Below are positions 6,488 to 11,143 of a stretch of 11,143 bases of DNA, in pieces. Within the stretch, counting starts at the first letter, position 1. Each line of letters starts with the position of its first letter. The translations under genes and the position numbers were made by a program. Under the pieces are notes generated by a model. It had not been told where the DNA came from, searched no databases, and saw only the letters and a program-made list of their open reading frames with translations. This DNA is from a virus. The stretch lies in the UHGV virus genome UHGV-0105484, one strand, 5' to 3'.

Positions 6488-7312
6488 ATGTCTCAGAACT
6501 TAGACGCAACCGCAATTAATCAAATCCATGCCCTTATTTCTGCTCAGGGTGTTAATGAAATTATCAGTAAGATTGGTGCCGATGCTGTGGCATTGCCTGA
6601 GAATTTCCGCATTCATGATCTGGAAAAATTTAATTTAAATCGCTTCCGTTTCCGTGGTGCGCTTTCCACTGCCAGCATCGATGACTTTACCCGTTATTCT
6701 AAAGATCTTGCAGATGAAGGCACCCGCTGCTTTATCGATGCCGATAATATGCGAGCCGTCAGTGTGCTTAACCTGGGTACTATTGATGAACCAGGTCACG
6801 CAGATAACACCGCCACCCTCAAACTGAAAAAGACAGCACCGTTTTCTGCTCTGTTGTCTGTTAATGGCGAGCGTAACTCCCAGAAGTCACTGGCAGAATG
6901 GATTGAAGACTGGGCCGACTACCTTGTGGGCTTTGATGCTAATGGTGACACCATTCAGGCAACCAAAGCGGCTGCGGCAGTCCGTAAAATCACAATTGAA
7001 GCAAACCAGACCGCTGATTTTGAAGACAATGACTTCAGCGGCAAACGCTCCCTGATGGAGTCTGTCGAAGCGAAAACCAAAGACATTATGCCAGTGGCAT
7101 TTGAATTTAAATGCGTTCCGTTTGAAGGCCTGAAAGAACGTCCGTTTAAATTACGCCTCAGCATTATCACTGGCGATCGTCCTGTACTGGTTCTGCGCAT
7201 TATTCAGCTGGAAGCAGTGCAGGAAGAAATGGCTAACGAATTTCGTGATCTGCTTGTTGAGAAATTCAAAGACAGCAAAGTAGAAACCTTTATTGGTACT
7301 TTCACCGCCTGA
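6488..7312 (+). CDS. yfdQ: YfdQ-like protein (DUF2303 family), 274 aa
   Basis: Complete ORF with SD GTGAGGA upstream of ATG 6488. Length (274 aa) and the sequence as recalled fit E. coli prophage YfdQ. Confidence 0.7.
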   Translation: MSQNLDATAINQIHALISAQGVNEIISKIGADAVALPENFRIHDLEKFNLNRFRFRGALSTASIDDFTRYSKDLADEGTRCFIDADNMRAVSVLNLGTIDEPGHADNTATLKLKKTAPFSALLSVNGERNSQKSLAEWIEDWADYLVGFDANGDTIQATKAAAAVRKITIEANQTADFEDNDFSGKRSLMESVEAKTKDIMPVAFEFKCVPFEGLKERPFKLRLSIITGDRPVLVLRIIQLEAVQEEMANEFRDLLVEKFKDSKVETFIGTFTA

Positions 7313-7324
7313 TTTCATTACTGC

Positions 7325-7346
7325 AAATGCCCCTGCGGGGGCATTT
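7325..7346 (+). terminator. GC-rich hairpin between yfdQ-like and yfdR-like genes (possible weak terminator or attenuator)
   Basis: Perfect 9-bp stem aaatgcccc / ggggcattt with loop tgcg; only a short T tract follows, so termination efficiency is doubtful. Confidence 0.3.
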
Positions 7347-7439
7347 ATGGAAACGTAATTAACTCAATAATCGCCGGATGGTGAGGGCTTCCTTTTACCA
7401 GAATTCAGCGCGGTGCAGCGCATATACGTGGAGAACAAA

Positions 7440-7988
7440 ATGTCATTTATTAAAACTTTTTCCGGGAAGCATTTTTATTATGACAGGATAAATAAAGACG
7501 ACATCGTTATTAACGATATCGCGGTTTCTCTTTCAAATATCTGTCGCTTTGCAGGACATCTTTCACATTTCTACAGCGTCGCCCAACATGCAGTTCTTTG
7601 AAGCCAGCTGGTTCCGCAGGAATTTGCTTTTGAAGCATTAATGCATGATGCAACAGAAGCGTATTGCCAGGACATCCCCGCGCCACTGAAACGCCTTCTT
7701 CCTGACTATAAACGGATGGAAGAAAAAATAGACGCCGTAATCCGTGAGAAATACGGGTTACCCCCGGTTATGAGCACGCCCGTGAAATATGCCGATCTCA
7801 TCATGCTGGCAACCGAACGCCGCGATCTCGGGCTTGATGATGGCTCTTTCTGGCCTGTGCTGGAAGGTATCCCGGCAACAGAGATGTTCAACGTGATTCC
7901 ACTGGCACCGGGCCATGCCTACGGGATGTTTATGGAACGCTTTAAAGAGCTGCATAAGATACATAAACAATCCAGACAGCGAAATTAA
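7440..7988 (+). pseudogene. yfdR: YfdR-like HD-domain 5'-deoxynucleotidase interrupted by an in-frame TGA (codon 54, 7599-7601)
   Basis: ORFs 7413..7601 and 7641..7988 are in the same frame and together read MSFIKTFSGKHFYYD...FAGHLSHFYSVAQHAVL-[TGA]-SQLVPQEFAFEALMHDATEAY..., about 182 codons against about 178 aa for YfdR. The first fragment carries His residues and the second the HD dyad. Real ATG is 7440 (7413 is GTG). Confidence 0.65.
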
Positions 7989-8031
7989 CTAGTGAAATAG
8001 TTTTGTAGCAAAAGAAATGAGGTTATCAAAA

Positions 8032-8277
8032 ATGCTTCAAATGCTGACACTTGAGGAATGGGCTGCGGAAAAATTTAGGAGTAATCCTCCAAGTGTGTCC
8101 ACATTGCGTCGTTATGCTAAGCAGAATTTATTTTGTCCACCGGCAATGAAACAAGGTCGACTATGGCGAGTGCGTGAGGACGCAGAGTTAGTTGGGGAAT
8201 TAGTTACTCCTGTCATCAAGAAAAGTGATTCTATTATTCTACAAAGGATTTTAAGTAATGGCAGCCAGACCACGTAA
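8032..8277 (+). CDS. xis: Excisionase (lambda Xis family)
   Basis: MLQMLTLEEWAAEKFRSNPPSVSTLRRYAKQNLFCPPAMKQGRLWRVREDAELV... parallels lambda Xis (MYLTLQEWNARQRRPRSLETVRRWVRECRIFPPPVKDGREYLFHESAVKV). 3' end overlaps int by 20 nt, as in lambda. Alternative in-frame ATGs at 8017 and 8041. Confidence 0.8.
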   Translation: MLQMLTLEEWAAEKFRSNPPSVSTLRRYAKQNLFCPPAMKQGRLWRVREDAELVGELVTPVIKKSDSIILQRILSNGSQTT

Positions 8278-9385
8278 AAATAATGTTTCAGTCCCGAACT
8301 TGTATCCGCTCTATAGCAGAAAAGTAAATAAAGTCTATTGGCGATATAAGCATCCAGTGACCGGGAAGTTTCATTCTTTGGGCACAAACGAAGCTGAAGC
8401 CATTGCTATTGCCACTGAGGCCAATACACGCCTAGCTGAGCAAAGAACCCGGCAGATTCTGGCTATCAGTGACAGGATCGCAACCAGCAAAGGAAAAGCA
8501 ATCACAACGTCAACCTGGTTAGATCGCTATCAAGCAATCCAAGATGACAGACTGAAAAGTGGCGATATAAAGCTCAATACCTATAAACAGAAAGCCAAAC
8601 CAGTATCCTTGCTCAGGGAACGAGCAGGAATGAAGTTTATTTCATCCGTTGATGTAAGGGATATCGCACAATTGCTTGACGAGTATATCACCGCCGGGCA
8701 ACCGAGGATGGCGCAAGTAGTCCGCTCCGTTCTAATTGATGTATTCAAGGAGGCACAACACTATGGGGAAGTCCCTCCGGGCTATAATCCAGCACTGGCA
8801 ACCAAACAACCCAGAAGAAAAATTACCCGACAACGGTTAAGTCTTGAAGAATGGCAAAAAATCTTTGATATTGCAGATGCCAGTCATCGTTATATGGGGA
8901 ATGCCATGCTGTTAGCACTGGTTACCGCCCAGCGGTTAGGTGATATCTCACGTATGAAATTTAGCGATATTTGGGATGATCATCTTCACGTCATCCAAGA
9001 AAAAACAGGGAGCAAAATCGCCATCCCACTTTCCCTTCGCCTCAATGCGATTAACTGGAGTTTACGCGATGTAATAGCCCGCTGCCGTGACTATGCAGTC
9101 AGCCCATACCTGGTGCATTTTTTCCGTTCAACTTCACAAGCAGAACGTGGGGCACAGGTTAAATCCAATACATTGACGACGAATTTCAGTAAAGCGAGGG
9201 ATTTGGCAGAAATCGACTGGGGTGATGGCACACCCGCAACATTCCATGAACAAAGGTCTTTATCTGAGCGACTTTACGAAGCTCAGGGTGTCGACACCCA
9301 AAAACTTCTGGGGCATAAATCGCCTAATCAAACCGCTCGCTACCACGATGATCGCGGAAAGGAATGGATAAAGATTCAAAACTAG
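8258..9385 (+). CDS. int: Lambda-family tyrosine integrase
   Basis: 375 aa. N-terminus has an arm-binding-type region (PNLYPLYSRKVNKVYWRYKHPVTGKFHSLG). C-terminal catalytic motifs: Arg in TAQRLGD, HEQRSLSERLY (His-x-x-Arg box) and LLGHKSPNQTARYHDDRGKEW (Tyr nucleophile). Confidence 0.9.
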   Translation: MAARPRKNNVSVPNLYPLYSRKVNKVYWRYKHPVTGKFHSLGTNEAEAIAIATEANTRLAEQRTRQILAISDRIATSKGKAITTSTWLDRYQAIQDDRLKSGDIKLNTYKQKAKPVSLLRERAGMKFISSVDVRDIAQLLDEYITAGQPRMAQVVRSVLIDVFKEAQHYGEVPPGYNPALATKQPRRKITRQRLSLEEWQKIFDIADASHRYMGNAMLLALVTAQRLGDISRMKFSDIWDDHLHVIQEKTGSKIAIPLSLRLNAINWSLRDVIARCRDYAVSPYLVHFFRSTSQAERGAQVKSNTLTTNFSKARDLAEIDWGDGTPATFHEQRSLSERLYEAQGVDTQKLLGHKSPNQTARYHDDRGKEWIKIQN

Positions 9386-9398
9386 CGTAATTTATTTG

Positions 9399-9827
9399 TT
9401 AATTTCTAATAGACAAAAGGACTATTTGAATAACAATAAATATAATTTGTATTAAAGTTACAACTGCAAGAGTTAATGTAAGCGATGCGATAAAGTAGGT
9501 TTTAATACTTGAAAGACAAAGCAATGATAATAAAAGAGTAATACCAAGTTGAATAAAGCATACAAAATAAAAGATCATTGCGCCCTGTAAATATCCGTGT
9601 GCCCTAAATCTTTGTATGTTAGCATTATCTAAAGAAGTTAATATGACAATAAGAGCAAAAATGAGCGCCATCATTGCTGTCGCATACGATGCTAAAGCTG
9701 AACCAAGACCATCTAGATGTTCTTTGAAATTTACCCCCGGTAGAATATCATAGCGATATTTGTACACGCCAAAGCCAATAGCGTTTGTCATAATCGTTAA
9801 AACCACGGGGGGAAACCATTTAATCAT
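9399..9827 (-). CDS. RexB-like small integral membrane protein (4 predicted TM helices)
   Basis: 142 aa from ATG 9827, which lies 1 nt after the upstream stop (TGAnATG); the track's longer start is 9857. Four hydrophobic segments. Motif LPGVNFKEHLDGLGSALASYATAMMALIFAL matches lambda RexB as recalled (IPGVSFSAHRDGLGATLSSYAGTMIAIL); size matches RexB (144 aa). AT-rich. Confidence 0.6.
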   Translation of the reverse strand: MIKWFPPVVLTIMTNAIGFGVYKYRYDILPGVNFKEHLDGLGSALASYATAMMALIFALIVILTSLDNANIQRFRAHGYLQGAMIFYFVCFIQLGITLLLSLLCLSSIKTYFIASLTLTLAVVTLIQIIFIVIQIVLLSIRN

Positions 9828-9828
9828 T

Positions 9829-10644
9829 TCAGTATCCAGCAGCCCTAAGATCTGCATTATTAATAAAGTTAGTTACCATTTGGCTCTCTATAGATATATT
9901 TGCGTTTTTATTGACTATATCATAGATGCCACCCGTTGTCGCGACATGAAGCTCAATCGCTTGGTCTCCTAGCGCTTGCTTCGCCGCTATTGTCATTTCA
10001 CGGATACCTGCTGGTAAGTTGTTTAATGTTGGACTAATGGTATCCTTAATGTTTTTAAGATGTTTTGGTTTAATAGTAATTTCAAAACTGTCTACATCAT
10101 TAAGATCAACAGCTGTTATACCAAGAAAATTTGTCATCTCCCTTAACGCGAAAGGAGAATTAGGTTCTAATTTTACATTGATTTTCCCCATATGTGCATA
10201 CTGCAATGCCTGGGCTGGCGTAACAGTTTTCTTGATGGGCTCAAATCTTATATTTCTATTGTTATTCGTATTAAAGAAAAAGTTGTCATAATATTTACCA
10301 AAAGAGCCAATTTTGGGACCAAAGAGAGTCGAGCCATACCCTACACAACGATTAGAAATGTAAATATATGAGGCAAAAGCAACGTCCTGATTTTGTTGCA
10401 GCAATGCCGTAATGTCCTGGTAGTTGTTATTAACTCTATCGATGGTTTTTATAATGTCTGTATTATTTGTTTTTAAAAACATAAATACATCACCCAATAT
10501 ATGATGTATCGAGTAATACGAACCATCTAACCTAACTGTTTGTGTGTTGCTCTGAATGAGTTGCAGAAAAGAAGAGCTAAGAGAACTCGCAAGAGGTTGC
10601 CCGTTTTGCGGATAAAGATCATATTTGTAATAATTCGTTTTCAT
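9829..10644 (-). CDS. RexA-like soluble protein (271 aa)
   Basis: Complete ORF from ATG 10644 in a roughly 30% GC island. Size and position (upstream of and coupled to the membrane gene) match lambda RexA (279 aa). Recalled RexA motifs have counterparts: Y-x-Y-I-H, F-x-F-x-KTN (FMFLKTNN), T-x-FGP (STLFGP), I-x-IKPK (EITIKPK). Not confirmed by database search. Confidence 0.6.
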   Translation of the reverse strand: MKTNYYKYDLYPQNGQPLASSLSSSFLQLIQSNTQTVRLDGSYYSIHHILGDVFMFLKTNNTDIIKTIDRVNNNYQDITALLQQNQDVAFASYIYISNRCVGYGSTLFGPKIGSFGKYYDNFFFNTNNNRNIRFEPIKKTVTPAQALQYAHMGKINVKLEPNSPFALREMTNFLGITAVDLNDVDSFEITIKPKHLKNIKDTISPTLNNLPAGIREMTIAAKQALGDQAIELHVATTGGIYDIVNKNANISIESQMVTNFINNADLRAAGY

Positions 10645-10712
10645 CCCTAATCATCTTATGATTTATTGTAGGTAAACCTATTCTCTTCATTATGTGTTCA
10701 AAATCAATCGTT

Positions 10713-10744
10713 TTGATAAATTTTTTTGATAAATCTTTGATAAC
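10713..10744. promoter_or_regulatory. Three tandem TTGATAA repeats upstream of the rexA-like gene, near the icd junction
   Basis: ttgataaa (10713-10720), ttgataaa (10726-10733), ttgataac (10737-10744), spaced 13 and 11 bp, in the 160-bp gap between the rexA-like start and the icd stop. Confidence 0.4.
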
Positions 10745-10765
10745 CGTTCGAATACTAATAATATA

Positions 10766-10796
10766 AACGGGAACCATTTGGCTCCCGTTTTTGTTT
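10766..10796 (-). terminator. Hairpin terminator immediately downstream of icd (potentially bidirectional)
   Basis: 10-bp stem aacgggaacc / ggctcccgtt (one mismatch), loop attt. Followed on the plus strand by TTTTTGTTT and on the minus strand (icd sense) by a U/A-rich tail, 16 nt after the icd stop. Confidence 0.55.
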
Positions 10797-10811
10797 AACC
10801 CAGAATCTGGA

Positions 10812-11143
10812 TTACATATTTTCGATGATCGCATCACCAAACTCTGAACATTTCAGCAGTTTAGCGCCTTCCATCAAACGTTCGAAGTCATAGGTTACGG
10901 TCTTCGCATTGATTGCGCCTTCCATACCTTTAACAATCAGGTCTGCGGCTTCGGTCCAACCCATGTGGCGTAACATCATCTCAGCAGAGAGAATAATAGA
11001 GCCTGGGTTAACTTTGTCCTGACCGGCATATTTCGGCGCAGTACCGTGGGTAGCTTCAAACAGGGCGCATTCGTCACCGATGTTTGCGCCAGGGGCGATA
11101 CCGATACCGCCAACCTGCGCTGCCAGGGCGTCAGAAATGTAGT
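10812..11143 (-). CDS. icd: Isocitrate dehydrogenase (NADP), C-terminal fragment; prophage attachment target
   Basis: Minus-strand translation reads ...[96 protein letters not shown], the enterobacterial Icd C-terminus. Host-like GC content, unlike the adjacent AT-rich island. Confidence 0.95.
   Translation of the reverse strand, partial: YISDALAAQVGGIGIAPGANIGDECALFEATHGTAPKYAGQDKVNPGSIILSAEMMLRHMGWTEAADLIVKGMEGAINAKTVTYDFERLMEGAKLLKCSEFGDAIIENM

Larger units (their letters stand above)
1..10811. mobile_element. Lambdoid prophage, int-proximal arm; left edge beyond window, right edge (attL) somewhere in or next to the icd 3' end
   Basis: Contiguous phage modules (nin-like block, O-like replication gene, cII/cro/cI switch, xis-int) ending next to the icd 3' end; int is convergent with icd. 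Exact att core not determinable from one junction. Confidence 0.8.

Noticed and set aside
7599-7601. In-frame TGA in the yfdR-like gene as selenocysteine or programmed readthrough
   Set aside because: No SECIS-like hairpin is evident immediately downstream and this family is not a selenoprotein family; nonsense mutation or sequencing error is more parsimonious.
9760-10291. Plus-strand ORFs 9760..9972 and 10019..10291
   Set aside because: Antisense to the rexB-like and rexA-like genes within AT-rich DNA, where spurious ORFs arise easily; no SD.
10645-10811. tRNA gene at the attachment site
   Set aside because: No tRNA-like sequence seen; the integration target here is the protein-coding icd 3' end.
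10619-10840. Minus-strand 73-aa ORF spanning the icd stop and the intergenic region
   Set aside because: It begins inside the icd 3' end in another frame and runs through the icd terminator and the rexA-like upstream region; no independent support.

Overview
This window is the integrase-proximal arm of a lambdoid prophage inserted at the 3' end of the host icd gene (isocitrate dehydrogenase C-terminus, minus strand, 10812-11143). No search tools were available, so all calls rest on reading the ORF translations and the DNA directly. Minus strand, left to right: partial KilA-N protein, RusA resolvase, a LexA DNA-binding-domain-only protein, a small winged-helix protein, an O-like replication initiator with an internal iteron array, a CII-like and a Cro-like regulator. 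A divergent operator/promoter region at 4031-4120 separates these from a CI-like S24 repressor and a plus-strand pL-like operon (68-aa ORF, yfdP/yfdQ/yfdR-like genes with yfdR interrupted by an in-frame TGA, xis, int). Two AT-rich accessory insertions stand out. The stronger candidate is a translationally coupled 271-aa soluble protein plus 142-aa four-helix membrane protein between int and the icd junction, which matches the lambda RexA/RexB abortive-infection pair in size, order and recalled motifs but sits in a non-canonical position. The second is a convergent 68-aa/144-aa pair of unknown function immediately downstream of cI.
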